A stretch of DNA of 63,951 bases, the filler included, from an uncultured bacterium (GTDB taxonomy: Bacteria; DAOPZR01), in assembly GCA_964637655.1 (NCBI GenBank). It is 4 parts of 4 records of this genome, joined end to end, with 100 filler letters (N's around TTAATTAATTAA, not from the genome) between each part and the next. Parts side by side here need not be neighbours in the genome. Positions count along the whole stretch, not along the records: positions 1 to 17,814 come from CAZWUZ010000038.1; positions 17,915 to 35,324 come from CAZWUZ010000039.1; 2 more parts are not named here. One strand, written 5' to 3'. The position numbers and the translations under genes were made by a program. The notes under the pieces are model-generated. The model saw only the letters and a list, made by a program, of their open reading frames with translations, had not been told where the DNA came from and did not search any database. Positions 9,711 to 20,159 of this stretch are shown in pieces (position 1 is the first letter of the stretch; the number at the start of each line of letters is the position of its first letter).

Positions 9711-11129
9711 TCAATCGATACTCCGCGCGGAACGCAGGCGGGAAATGAGCGCCCCGCGTGCGCTGCCGCGCCCGATTTCGAGGTTGGTTACAGCCACGCG
9801 GTTGATGGCGCGCACCGTATCGCCACGCCACGCGTCGTGCTCGCGGTAGCCCCAGATATCGTGGATGGCGTAGGGTTTCCCGTCGACACTGCCGAGATAC
9901 AGCATGATATGCCCGCTCAGTTCGAGCACCGTGGCGCCACCGATAGCGTCGCGGGTAAGCAGCGCGTCCTTCTCCACATCAGTCATTCCGTGAGTCAGCC
10001 CCAATGACCTGCCCACCTGCCCCTGCGCGGTGGAGTTGCGCGGGAACTGCACCCCGTGCGCGGCAAAGACCTGCTGAATAAAGCGCGAGCAGTCCTGCTC
10101 CCCGTACATGCCCCCCCAGCCGTAGGGGGTATTGAGCATCTCGAAGGCAGTCTGGATGAGCGAGCGCGGGGTAAGCGGCAGGCAGCCCGTCATGATACTA
10201 GCCTTCGCAAACATGGTTTCCATGCGACATTGCCCTTGAGCGTCGCGTATCGGTACAGTGACGGCATTCATGCCGGGATGCAGTAAAGCCGGACGTATGA
10301 CAACGTTGATGCCCGGAGACGCCGGCATAGTTATCTGTGTCAATCGCAAGCGCGTGCCGAGCCGCACTGATGCGTGGAACTGCCGCAGGTCGTAATCACG
10401 GTACAGGTCGGCTTTGGCACAAAACACAGTCGCGGGAGGTGCCTGCAGGTATCCCGTCATCTCTTCACGTGTGCAGAACGCCACCCGGTCTGCCGGCATC
10501 CAGCCGTTGGAGAGCGGCGCCACCGCGTAGACCCATTGGCCGTCCGCGCTGGTGTGCACCACGGCCAGCGGGGTGCCGATGTCGTAGGCGCTGTTCTGCA
10601 GTTCGTCGAACATCCAGTCGCCGCGGTCGCTGCTCAGCAGTTCTGCCGTAGGCAGCACCCGCTGGTCGGCATAGCCCGTCACCAGCGCGAATTGCGCGGC
10701 AACTGTTTCACCGATGGTTTCGATGCTGAGATTCTGCTTGAGGGAGGCAAAAAAGGGCGCGTCGCTCATCGACCCGTCCTTGCGCCACAGCCCCTGCACC
10801 GCGATATCCTGCCACGCGCTTTCCAGTTCACGCCGCAGGCCGCGCCCGCTGATGGTCGCGGGATACGCGGTGATATCCGCCACCGTTTTCAGTTCCGTGC
10901 GGATGCGGGCATTGAATAAATCGATTTCGGCAGAGGTCATAAGCAGGCGGTCGGGGTCGGGATGCCGGCCAATCCAGTAACCCGGCGTGTTCATCTCCGG
11001 CTGCGTGCCCGGGGTCAGGGTCGGTGCCAGCGCATAGTGCCGTTCCACGGTGCACCCGGCCAGCAGCAGCAGCAGCAGCAGGCAGCAGGCCGCGACGCGG
11101 AAATTAGTATTGTGTCCCCTTTTTATCAT
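9711..11129 (-). CDS. NlpC/P60 peptidoglycan endopeptidase lipoprotein with SH3-like domains
   Basis: Lipobox LAGC; PYGWGG...DCSRF...PRNSTAQ...GHIMLYLG catalytic motifs. Confidence 0.9.
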   Translation of the reverse strand: MIKRGHNTNFRVAACCLLLLLLLAGCTVERHYALAPTLTPGTQPEMNTPGYWIGRHPDPDRLLMTSAEIDLFNARIRTELKTVADITAYPATISGRGLRRELESAWQDIAVQGLWRKDGSMSDAPFFASLKQNLSIETIGETVAAQFALVTGYADQRVLPTAELLSSDRGDWMFDELQNSAYDIGTPLAVVHTSADGQWVYAVAPLSNGWMPADRVAFCTREEMTGYLQAPPATVFCAKADLYRDYDLRQFHASVRLGTRLRLTQITMPASPGINVVIRPALLHPGMNAVTVPIRDAQGQCRMETMFAKASIMTGCLPLTPRSLIQTAFEMLNTPYGWGGMYGEQDCSRFIQQVFAAHGVQFPRNSTAQGQVGRSLGLTHGMTDVEKDALLTRDAIGGATVLELSGHIMLYLGSVDGKPYAIHDIWGYREHDAWRGDTVRAINRVAVTNLEIGRGSARGALISRLRSARSID

Positions 11130-11932
11130 CGGGCGTTCTCGATGGTGTGGAGTTCGGCGCTGACATCGCGGGTCAGGTCGCGCTGCACGAAATCACCACG
11201 CGTGGGGACCGCCATGAGCAGGTTGGGGGATATATCGTAGGCAAAGGTCGCCTCCTGCACGGTAAACCCGAGCACATGGCCTGCCTTGCCGCGATCGGCG
11301 CTCAGAAAGTGCAGGTGCCAGCCGGGGACATTGATGCCGTTGACATAGGGCGGGAGGCGGTAGCCGATCATGGTGCCGCGCACGTTGCGATACTCGAATT
11401 CGGGCTGATTGGCGAGTGCGTCAATGAGACGCGGATAGGGGCGCGCCTGCCGGTGCGGTGCCCGTGTCTTGACCATGCTGAACACCCCCTCGATGCGCAC
11501 GGCATAGGGGAGGTTAAGCGACGGGAGGATGGCATCGGTCTGCGTGATGAAATTTGGCAGCGAGGTCATCGGGGTAAGCGACTGGCTGAAATCGGGTTCA
11601 AAAAAGGTCACCGCGGCAAAAGGGGTTTTCGTCGCGTCGGGCATTTCTGTCACACTGCCGTCAGCCCCGAAACGCCAGACCTTCCCTTCGAGCATAATCA
11701 TCTCACCATTAAGCGCGTCGAAGGTGCCGATACCGACGTCGCCGCGGCGTTTGAGTTCCGCCAGCGACACCTCACCGTCGTAGACGCTCTCCTGCAGCGC
11801 GCTGATGGTCGCCACCTGGAAAATGGTCTCGCGGGCCAGCGGGTCACGCTGATTGCTCACCGTAGCGCATCCCGCCGTCAGCAGGCAGACGAGCAGCACC
11901 ATGCTGCGCGCGATCATACCGTTCTGTCTCAT
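11126..11932 (-). CDS. budA: Alpha-acetolactate decarboxylase family protein with a lipoprotein signal
   Basis: GDVGIGTFDALNGEMI and PGWHLHFLS...GHVL (Zn ligands); lipobox LTAGC. Confidence 0.88.
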   Translation of the reverse strand: MRQNGMIARSMVLLVCLLTAGCATVSNQRDPLARETIFQVATISALQESVYDGEVSLAELKRRGDVGIGTFDALNGEMIMLEGKVWRFGADGSVTEMPDATKTPFAAVTFFEPDFSQSLTPMTSLPNFITQTDAILPSLNLPYAVRIEGVFSMVKTRAPHRQARPYPRLIDALANQPEFEYRNVRGTMIGYRLPPYVNGINVPGWHLHFLSADRGKAGHVLGFTVQEATFAYDISPNLLMAVPTRGDFVQRDLTRDVSAELHTIENAR

Positions 11933-11936
11933 CCCG

Positions 11937-12866
11937 TCACCGTTTCCGGAAAGTGTGTGTCCCCGTTGTTGTATGTGTCCCTTTTTTGACGACGGGGTCG
12001 GGGGTGCGGTTGTAGACCTTCGAGCCCGCGGGTACGGACTTCACCAGCCAGACATTGCCGCCGATGACCGACCCCTTCCCCACCACCGTGCTGCCGCCGA
12101 GGATGGTCGCCCCGGCATAAATCGTCACATCGTTGCCGATGGTCGGATGGCGCTTGCTCCCCGACAGTTTCTTGTCCACCGAGAGCGCCCCCAGCGTCAC
12201 CCCCTGGTACAGTTTCACGCGGTCGCCGATCACCGTCGTCTCGCCGATGACCAGTCCCGTCCCGTGGTCGATGAAGAACTCCTTGCCGATGCGCGCCCCG
12301 GGATGGATGTCGATGCCGCGCTCGGCGTGGATGCTCTCGTTGATGATGCGCGAAACGAGCGTCTCGCCGCGCCGCCAGAGAAAATGCGCGAGACGGTGCG
12401 CCATGATGGCAGCGAACCCCGGGTAGGCGAGGATGATCTCCTCGCGGTGCTTCGCCGCCGGGTCGCCCCGGAAGAGCGCCTCGATATCGCCGTACAGCAG
12501 TTCCTGGATGGCCGGGAGCGACGCGAGCAGTTCCATGACGATACGCTGCGCACGCGCAGTGCACGCCTTCCGCCGGGCGCACTTCTTCCCGTCGCAGACA
12601 TAGCAGAACGAGCGAAAAACCTCTTCGGTGAGCAGCTCCTGCACGCGCACGAGGCGCTGCCCGGTGACATACTCGAGGTTGCTGGTGGTTACCGGCGTGG
12701 TGCCGAAATAGCCGGGGAAGAGCAGCGCGCGCAGGATGCCGTACGCCTCGAGCACCCGGTCGCGCGACGGGGCGGGATGCTCGCGCTGCTGCCCGAAGCC
12801 CCCCTTGCGCAGGTACGCCTTATGCAGTGTCCCGACGATCTTCTTCAGCCGTTGCGATGCTGCCAT
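11937..12866 (-). CDS. cysE: Serine O-acetyltransferase (CysE/EpsC)
   Basis: GDPAA, YPG, GIDIHPGA.IG..FFIDHGTG.VIGET, KRHPTI. Confidence 0.93.
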   Translation of the reverse strand: MAASQRLKKIVGTLHKAYLRKGGFGQQREHPAPSRDRVLEAYGILRALLFPGYFGTTPVTTSNLEYVTGQRLVRVQELLTEEVFRSFCYVCDGKKCARRKACTARAQRIVMELLASLPAIQELLYGDIEALFRGDPAAKHREEIILAYPGFAAIMAHRLAHFLWRRGETLVSRIINESIHAERGIDIHPGARIGKEFFIDHGTGLVIGETTVIGDRVKLYQGVTLGALSVDKKLSGSKRHPTIGNDVTIYAGATILGGSTVVGKGSVIGGNVWLVKSVPAGSKVYNRTPDPVVKKGTHTTTGTHTFRKR

Positions 12867-12959
12867 GGTGTTGGTATCTCCGTTCAGTAACGCCGTCGTT
12901 TCGTCAGCCAGTATCCGGGCCGGCGACGGGTGTGTGCTATGATGAGGACAATAACTATG

Positions 12960-13193
12960 CTACAGCGCAACACGCTGGCGGGTGACACTGCGCATGACTG
13001 ACGCGGCTGGTATCCCCCGGGTGACACCGGTGTTCAGCTCACGCCAGCGCCGCTCAGCTTCAGCAAGCCATGCAGGGTCGATGGTTGCGTCAGTATCCTG
13101 TCCGCGCAGGTCCTGCAGAATGCGCAGCGCCAGACGTTCCTGGTCCTGCACCGGCAATTTGCGGACCTGACTGTGCAATTGCTTCCCGTTCAT
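12960..13193 (-). CDS. Addiction-module antitoxin (TIGR02574/Unstab_antitox-like), 77 aa
   Basis: LP..DQERLA...AWLAEAERRWREL..G...GIP pattern. Confidence 0.75.
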   Translation of the reverse strand: MNGKQLHSQVRKLPVQDQERLALRILQDLRGQDTDATIDPAWLAEAERRWRELNTGVTRGIPAASVMRSVTRQRVAL

Positions 13194-13313
13194 CCCCTGG
13201 CCTCCCCGCCATATGCAGAACCACGTGCTGCCGCACACAGCAACCCCGTTCAGCAGACACCCAATATATTAGCCACCATGCCTGCTGTAGTGTAATGTTT
13301 TTTTACGGGGACG

Positions 13314-16023
13314 TCAACCTGGGCGGAGGAGGTCGAGGAGCTGCCTGAGGTCGAAGGGCTTGGGGAGGGTGGCGCTGACCCCGGCTTTTTCCAGTTCTTC
13401 ACTGAGCGCATCGAGGTCGAGCACCCCGGTCATCACCACGCAGCGCGCCTGCGGCTGCCGCTGCCGCGCCTCCAGCACCAGTTCGATGCCGGTCACCTGC
13501 GGCAGGTTGAGGTCGAGCAGCACAGCGTCGTAGATGCCGTCCGCCAGCGCCGTGCGGGCGGTGGTGCCGTCGCCGGCGCAGACCACGGTCGCCCCGCGTC
13601 CGCGCAGGAACATGGCAATGCTCTCCTGCAGCGCTTCCTCGTCATCGACCAGCAGCACGCGGGCCGGCAGGATACCGTTGACCGGCACGGGCGGGCCGGC
13701 CGGCACAACCGTCGCCGGTGCGCTGTCCGCCGCAGTCGCGGGCAGGATAATCGTGAAATTCGCCCCTTTGCCGGGGGCGCTGATGATTTCGCAATGCCCG
13801 CCATGCGCCCGTACAATGGCGTCGATGATGGCCAGCCCGAGCCCGGACCCTTCGTGGCGCTGTTCCTCGCTGAAGCCGCCCTTGGTGGTAAAGAACGGCA
13901 GCAGCGCCTTCTGCCGCACTTCCTCGCTCATGCCGATGCCGTCATCGGTAACCGAAAGGCGCAACAGTCCGTCACGGATATGCGCGGCGATGCGTATGCT
14001 CCCCCCGCGCTTGGGATGCAGGGCATGCCGGGCGTTGAGCAGCAGGTTGACGAGCACCTGCTCGAGTTGCCCGGGATCGGCATAGGCGGTCAGCCCGTCG
14101 TCAATCAGCACGCGCACGCTGATATTTTCGTTGGCCAGCGGCTGCTTCTGCAGTTTCACCACGCGTTCGACCAGTTCCGCGAGCGGGAAGTGCTGCCGCC
14201 GGGGCGGCGCGGGGCGGGCGAAGGCGAGCATGCCGCGGGCTATGCTCCCCCCACGCTCGGTCTGCGCAATAATGGTCTGCCGCCGCTCGCGCTGCAGGAC
14301 AGTGGCGTCAGGTTCCTCGCTCTCCGCCATCTGCACTACGCTGCGGATAATCTGCAGGATATTGTTGAACTCATGCGCCACGCCCGCTGCCAGCTGCCCG
14401 GCCGCGTGCAGTCGCCCCGTCTGCAGCAGACGCTCTTCCGCCGCCTTGCGCGCGGTGACATTGGCAATGGTGCTCAGCACGCGGGTACCGTCAGCGTTCT
14501 TGAGCAGGGTTGCCGAGTGAGAGAGCCAGCGAATTTCTCCCTGAGGGTCGAGGATGCGGTACTCAAAATCGCGTATGGGCATGCCGGCCACAGAGCGCTG
14601 CTGTTCCGCCTGCACCATGGCCTGGTCGTCGGGATGGATAAAATCAGGAAAGCCGACGCCCAGCACATCCTCGGCCCGCCAGCCGATAACCTCAACGCAT
14701 TGCGGACTGACAAACTCGATGCGTCCCTGCGCGTCGGTGATGGTAGTCAGCACCGGGCTGTTTTCGACCACCGACCGGAAGCGCTGCTCGCTGGCGAACA
14801 GTTTTTCCTCCATGGCGTGACGGGCGGTGGTTTCACGCACCTGCGCAATGGCGCCGATGATGGTGCCTTCGGCATCACGCATCGGGCTGCTCGTATCCTG
14901 CGTCCAGCCGCGCCGTCCCGACGGCAGCGTGTACTCAAATTCCATCTGCGACGGTGTCCCCTGCAGCACCCCCGCCAGGCGGGCGATAATACCCGCCGCT
15001 TCGAGGAACGGAAAACAGTCGCGCGGGTGTTTGCCGAGCACCTCACGGGCCGGCACACCGGTAATGCGTTCCATCGCGCGGTTCCAGACAAGGTAGCGCA
15101 GGTCGTGACCGTACACCACAATCCCGTCGAAGGCGCCGTCGATGACCTGCTCGTTGAAGCGCGTAACTTCGCGCAGTTCCTCTTCCATCTGCTTGCGCGC
15201 GGTGATATCGAAGAGTGAAACGAGTACCTGCGGCCCGGCGGCGAGTTTCAGGTAGGTGAACGACGCCTCGAATACCGCCTCGTGTTCCGCCTCGTTCGCC
15301 CCGGCCAGCGGCAGGGTGAGTTCCTGCTGCTGCGGACAGGCGCCGTGCGCGAAGCACGCATCCAGCGCGAGGCGCAGGCGGCAGTCGCGGCAGCGCTCGC
15401 CATGGCCGCACCCGTCGGGCACACGCAACGCCTCCGCGCATTTGAGCGCCTGCCCGCGGCGTAAGCCGACGACTTCGTCCGGTTCCATGCCGGCGAGTCT
15501 CGCCCATCGTGCGGTTCGCCTTGCGCACCGTGCCGGCGGCATCGACGAGAAACAGCAGGACGGGGGCGTGGTCGTAGATGGCCTCTAGTTCCGCGGTACG
15601 CTCGCGCAGGCGTTCCTCGACCCGCATTTTTGCCGTCTGCAGTTCCCCTTCGCGCAGGATGCGGCGGCAGGTGTCAGGGAGCGCGGCGAACATCGCCGGG
15701 GTCTTGACGAGGTAGTCGGCGGCACCCGCCTTGAGCGCAGCCACCGCCACCTGTTCGCTGCCGTGCGCGGTAAGCAGCACCAGCGGCACCCCGGGCGCCT
15801 CGCGCAGCAGTTCCGTCCCGTCGCCATCCGGCAGGCGGTAATCACAGAGCATGAGGTCGATGCGGGTGTCGCGCAGCGCGGTGCGCGCCGCGTCGAGCGT
15901 CGCCGCCTGCTGCAGTACCACGCCATCATCGATCGCAGCAAACGCGCGCACCACCAGTTCGCGATGCGCCTCCTCGTCATCGACGAGCAGGTAGCAGCGG
16001 GCGGTCCGGTCTACCACGGGCAT
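13314..16023 (-). pseudogene. Hybrid REC-PAS-PAS-PAS-histidine kinase-REC sensor, split by a 1-nt frameshift at ~15503-15505
   Basis: REC and the PAS start are in one frame; the remaining PAS domains, AHEFNN, HATPase and REC are in another. Removing one G from atggg restores ...ANRTMARLAGMEP... Confidence 0.8.
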
Positions 16024-16451
16024 TTGTTCCACGCCAGCCAGTAGAAGCCGAGTTCGCGCAGCAGTTCGCCGAAGGTGGCAAAATCGACCGGCTTGGTGAC
16101 ATAAGAGTTGGCATGGTACTCGTACGCCTGTGCCATGTCGCGCTCGGCGGCCGAAGTGGTGAGGATGACCACCGGCACGGCGCGCAGTTTTTCGTCGGTC
16201 TTGATCTCCCGCAGCACTTCAAGCCCGTCCTTCTTCGGCAGGCGCAGGTCGAGCAGCACGAGATGCGGCAGCGGGTGGATGCTGCGGTCGGTATAGCCGT
16301 TGCTCCCGCGCAGATACTCCATCGCCTTCTCCCCGTCATCGACGTGGATAAGGCGGTTGCTCACCCGCGCCTCCTCGAGGTTGCGGATGATCAGTTCCGC
16401 ATGGTCGTGGTTGTCCTCCACCAGCAGGATGGTCAGCGGTTCTCCGGTCAT
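16011..16451 (-). CDS. Single-domain response regulator (Rcp1-like)
   Basis: ILLVEDN, LLDLRLP, ILTTS, ANSYVTKP; TGATG coupling to the upstream kinase. Confidence 0.93.
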   Translation of the reverse strand: MTGEPLTILLVEDNHDHAELIIRNLEEARVSNRLIHVDDGEKAMEYLRGSNGYTDRSIHPLPHLVLLDLRLPKKDGLEVLREIKTDEKLRAVPVVILTTSAAERDMAQAYEYHANSYVTKPVDFATFGELLRELGFYWLAWNKCPW

Positions 16452-17814
16452 CAGCAATTCTCCTCAGTGCGTAGATTTTCCGGCAGCGTGAAATGGAAGG
16501 TGCACCCCTGTCCCGCGCCCGCAGATTCGAGCCGGACCGCCCCGCCGTGCGCCTCGACGATGCGGCGCACGACGGTCAGCCCGATGCCCGTCCCTTCGGT
16601 GTTCGGGTCGAGTTTGTCAAAGAGGCCGAATACTTTGCCCTGATGGCGCGGCTCGATGCCCATGCCGTTGTCAGCAACCGAGAACTCGTAGTCCGCGCCG
16701 CGGCGGCGCCAGCCGACACTGATGCGCGGCTGTGCCTGCGTGCCCATGTACTTGATGGCGTTCTCAACGAGGTTCTGCAGCACGCTGCGCAGGCGCGGAC
16801 GGTCACCCGTCACCTCCGGCAGGTCAGGCGCCACCTCGAGCAGCACCTGCTTTGCCGCCAGCGGCCCGGCAAGCAGCGTGCGCACCTCATCGACCAGCAC
16901 CCCCAGCGGTACCGTCTCGGGACGGTTGATCATGCGCCCGATGCGCGACAGTTCGAGCAGGTCGTAGATCAGGTTGGCCATCTTGTCGGCGGCCGCCTCG
17001 ATGCGCTGCAGGTCGCGTCCGACGCGGTCCTGCCGCCCCGCGGCGAGGTCCTGAGCGATGGCCCCGGCGAACCCCTTGATGGTCGTCAGCGGACTCTTGA
17101 GATCGTGCGACACAGTATAGGTGAATCGTTCGAGTTCCTCGTTCTTGTCGCGCAACTCCTGCTCCGCCCGCTTGCGCTCGGTGATATCGTGGAAACTGAC
17201 CAGCGCGGCAACCACCGTGCCATCCGCATCGCGCACCGGGGTGCCGAAAACCTCGAGATGCGTGCGCGTCCCGTCCGGACGCACGACAAGCATGTCATCA
17301 ACCGCCGATTCGTCGCCCTGCATGGCGCGGATGACCGGCATATCGTCGACCGGATAGGGGACACCGTCGGCGGCGCGAAACGCCTTGTAGACCTCGCCGA
17401 TATTCTCCCGTGAGGCATCGGGGAGGATGCCGCGCCCGAGCAGGCGCCTGGCCGCGTCATTGGCGATGAGCGGTTTCCCGGTCGGTGCTTCGACCATGAA
17501 GATGCCGACGGTCAAATTGGCGAGCATCGTCTCGACCAGCCGGCGCTGGCGTTCGAGTTCCTGTTCCGCCCGCCGGCGTTCTTCGAGCGTGCGCACCAGC
17601 GTCAGGTTGGACAAACTGAGTCGCGCGAACATATGCGCGAGTTTCATGTAGAAATCGATTGCCTGCTCGATCCGCTCACGGCTGAAGCGCGGGCAGCGGT
17701 CGATGGCGTCGAGATACGCCTGTTCGTCAAACCCGTAGCGCTGTGCCTGGGCGCGGAAAAACGCCGTGTCCGGCGGGTCGTCGTCAGAGAAGAACTGCCC
17801 GCTAAAGACATTGC
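16451..17814 (-). CDS. PocR-PAS sensor histidine kinase, 5' truncated by the linker
   Basis: Frame is open to the gap with PocR-like GQFF...AQRYGFDEQAYLDAI; SHDLKSPL H-box; NAIKY and GTGIGL. Confidence 0.88.
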
Positions 17815-17914
17815 NNNNNNNNNNNNNNNNNNNNNNNNNNNNNNNNNNNNNNNNNNNNTTAATTAATTAANNNNNNNNNNNNNNNNNNNNNNNNNNNNNN
17901 NNNNNNNNNNNNNN
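17815..17914. other. Artificial contig linker
   Basis: N run around TTAATTAATTAA (stops in all six frames). Confidence 0.97.
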
Positions 17915-18636
17915 CCGACGGTACGTACGTCAATTTCCTCGCGCCCACCCTGCGCCTCGCCGGCCCCGACGGCGCGCAGGCGGCCGCGCCGCTGGTGCAG
18001 ACCGGGACGGGACGCTACGAGGGCGAGACCGCGCTCCCCGCGCGCGGCAGTTATCTGGTCAGTGTCAGCGAGGCGTCGAACGGCAGTGAGCGCCTGCTGC
18101 TGCGCACCGGGCTGGGCTATACCTGCGCGCCGGAGTACCGCACTGATGCCGCCGCCAGCATTATCCCGCGCCTGCGCCGCATGACCGGGGCGGCCGAGGT
18201 CAGCGACCTGTCAGGCAGTTTCCGCCCGCGGCAGCAGCCCGTCTATGCCAATCTCGATCTGTGGAAGCCGCTGCTGCTCCTCGCCTGCGTGGTGTTCCTG
18301 TTCGATATCGCCGTACGCCGCGTCGATTTCCGCCTCGCCGAGATCGTCACCGCTTTCCGTCAGTGGCGGGCCGGGCGGCAGGCGGCGGAAAGCGGGGCGG
18401 ATCTCGCCCGCGTGCAGCGCCTGCATGAGCGCGTGCGGCAGGCACCGCACCGGCAGGCAGCGCCCGTCACGGTGCCGGTCATGCCGCCGCGTCCCGGGAG
18501 CATCGGGCGTGCTGACAGCGCCCCGTCAGTAAGTCCCGCGCCGCCGACAGCGAGAGCGCCGGAACCGGTGTCCCACACCGCGCGACTGCTCGAAGCGCGA
18601 AAAAAAGCACGCGAACGCTTCGAACGCCCGCAATAG
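17915..18636 (+). CDS. C-terminal part of a membrane-anchored protein (tail resembles VWA-domain membrane proteins), 5' truncated
   Basis: Open from the gap; QTGTGRYEG...PEY...LWKPLLLLACVVFLFDIAVRR. Confidence 0.55.
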
Positions 18637-18643
18637 CGAACAA

Positions 18644-19951
18644 TCAGTTTATCGGAGTGGCGGAGAGGCGCCGCGCCTTGTTGCGGTAATTGATATTCAT
18701 CGCCAGGCGCAGCAGCATGCCGCGCCGGCTGCGCAGCGTGCGCCGGACAATGTGCCGCCAGGCATAGGTCTCGCGCCAGGCAATGCCATAGCCGTCCTGC
18801 AGTTCAGCTGCCGTCATCCCCTGCGGCGTGAACACCACCTCGCCCGTGTGGTAGCGGCTCCAGTCGCGCTCGACGATGCGTCCCGCCTCGTCCATCGCCG
18901 TGTAGAGTCGCGTGCCGGGGAACGGGGTCAGGATATGGTATTGCGCCGCGTCGAGGCCGGTGCGGTTGACGAAGTCGACCGTGCGGCGGAAGATGCCGGG
19001 ATCGTCGTCGTCCAGCCCGAAGATGAAACTGCCGAGGATGTTCAGCCCCGCCGCGTGCAGCGTGCGGATCGCCTCGCCGTACTCGCGCAGGTTGCCCCAC
19101 TGCTTGTTGATCGCCGCGAGGTTCTTCTCCGACAGCGATTCGAACCCGATGAAGGCGTAGCGCCCGCCGCTGGCGGCATACAGGCGCAGCAGCTCCGCGT
19201 CGCGCGCCAGCGTGATGTCCGTCTGTCCGCCCCAGACCCGGTGCAGCGGCTGCAGGCCGGCGAACAGTTCCCGCGCGTAGGCGGGATTGCCGCAGATATT
19301 GTCGTCGACAAACAGGAAGTCGCGCGTGTCAAGTGCGCTGATTTCCGCCAGCACTTCAGTGACGGGGCGCGTGCGGAACGTGCGCCCGAACACTCCCGTC
19401 ACCGCGCAGTAGGAGCAGTCGCGCGGACAGCCGCGGGTCGCCTGCACGGTATTGAACCCGGAGATGTAGCGGTGGCGTTCGAGCAGGTCGCGGCGCGGGC
19501 TGGCCATGCCCTGCAGGTCGCAAGAGCGCTCCGCACGGTAGGTGCGCTGCAGTTTGCTCGCGGCGCTGTCCGCCAGCACCTGCTGCCAGACGTATTCCGC
19601 CTCGCCGATGACCACCGCGTCAGCATGCTGCTGCGCCTCGTCCGGGCAGGCGCTCGCATGCACGCCCCCCAGCACCACCTTCACCCCGTTCGCGCGGAAC
19701 GCGTCGGCCATGGCATAGGCGCTCGGTGCTTCCGCTGTGAACGCGGTGATCCCCACCAGATCGTACGGTTGTGTAAAGTCAGGGTCGGGACCGACCCGCG
19801 CGTCGAAGATTTCCACCTTCCACCCGGGTGGCGTCAGCGCGGCAAGCGTGGGCAGGGTCAGCCGGGCGAATCCCGTCTTCCCCTTCGTGATTTTTCCCCA
19901 GAAGCCGCGCGGGTTGCGCGGCAAAACAAGCAGCAGTGTGCGCGTAGCGAT
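18644..19951 (-). CDS. B12-binding radical SAM protein
   Basis: ATRGCPRDCSYC (CxxxCxxC), VLGGVHAS, FVDDN. Start is uncertain (TTG 19924 or ATC 19951). Confidence 0.9.
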   Translation of the reverse strand: MATRTLLLVLPRNPRGFWGKITKGKTGFARLTLPTLAALTPPGWKVEIFDARVGPDPDFTQPYDLVGITAFTAEAPSAYAMADAFRANGVKVVLGGVHASACPDEAQQHADAVVIGEAEYVWQQVLADSAASKLQRTYRAERSCDLQGMASPRRDLLERHRYISGFNTVQATRGCPRDCSYCAVTGVFGRTFRTRPVTEVLAEISALDTRDFLFVDDNICGNPAYARELFAGLQPLHRVWGGQTDITLARDAELLRLYAASGGRYAFIGFESLSEKNLAAINKQWGNLREYGEAIRTLHAAGLNILGSFIFGLDDDDPGIFRRTVDFVNRTGLDAAQYHILTPFPGTRLYTAMDEAGRIVERDWSRYHTGEVVFTPQGMTAAELQDGYGIAWRETYAWRHIVRRTLRSRRGMLLRLAMNINYRNKARRLSATPIN

Positions 19952-20159
19952 AAGACACCCGTATCTTCGTACCCGGAATGCGCCGCCTCAGGCGTTACGC
20001 GATGAGTACCGATGCCTGCGGGGGTGTCACGGAATGGACGCGCGCTACCGTATGCAACAGGAAAAGGCGTGTACTGACGTTGCCTCACTGGCTGCAGTAT
20101 AGCATAATCGGCGCGTAGACGATAGGCGCCGGACGTTCACCGTCCCCCGGCTGCGTCGT

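Noticed and set aside
17859-17870. TTAATTAATTAA palindrome repeated three times in the window
   Set aside because: Always centred in 100-bp N blocks; an artificial scaffold linker, not biological.
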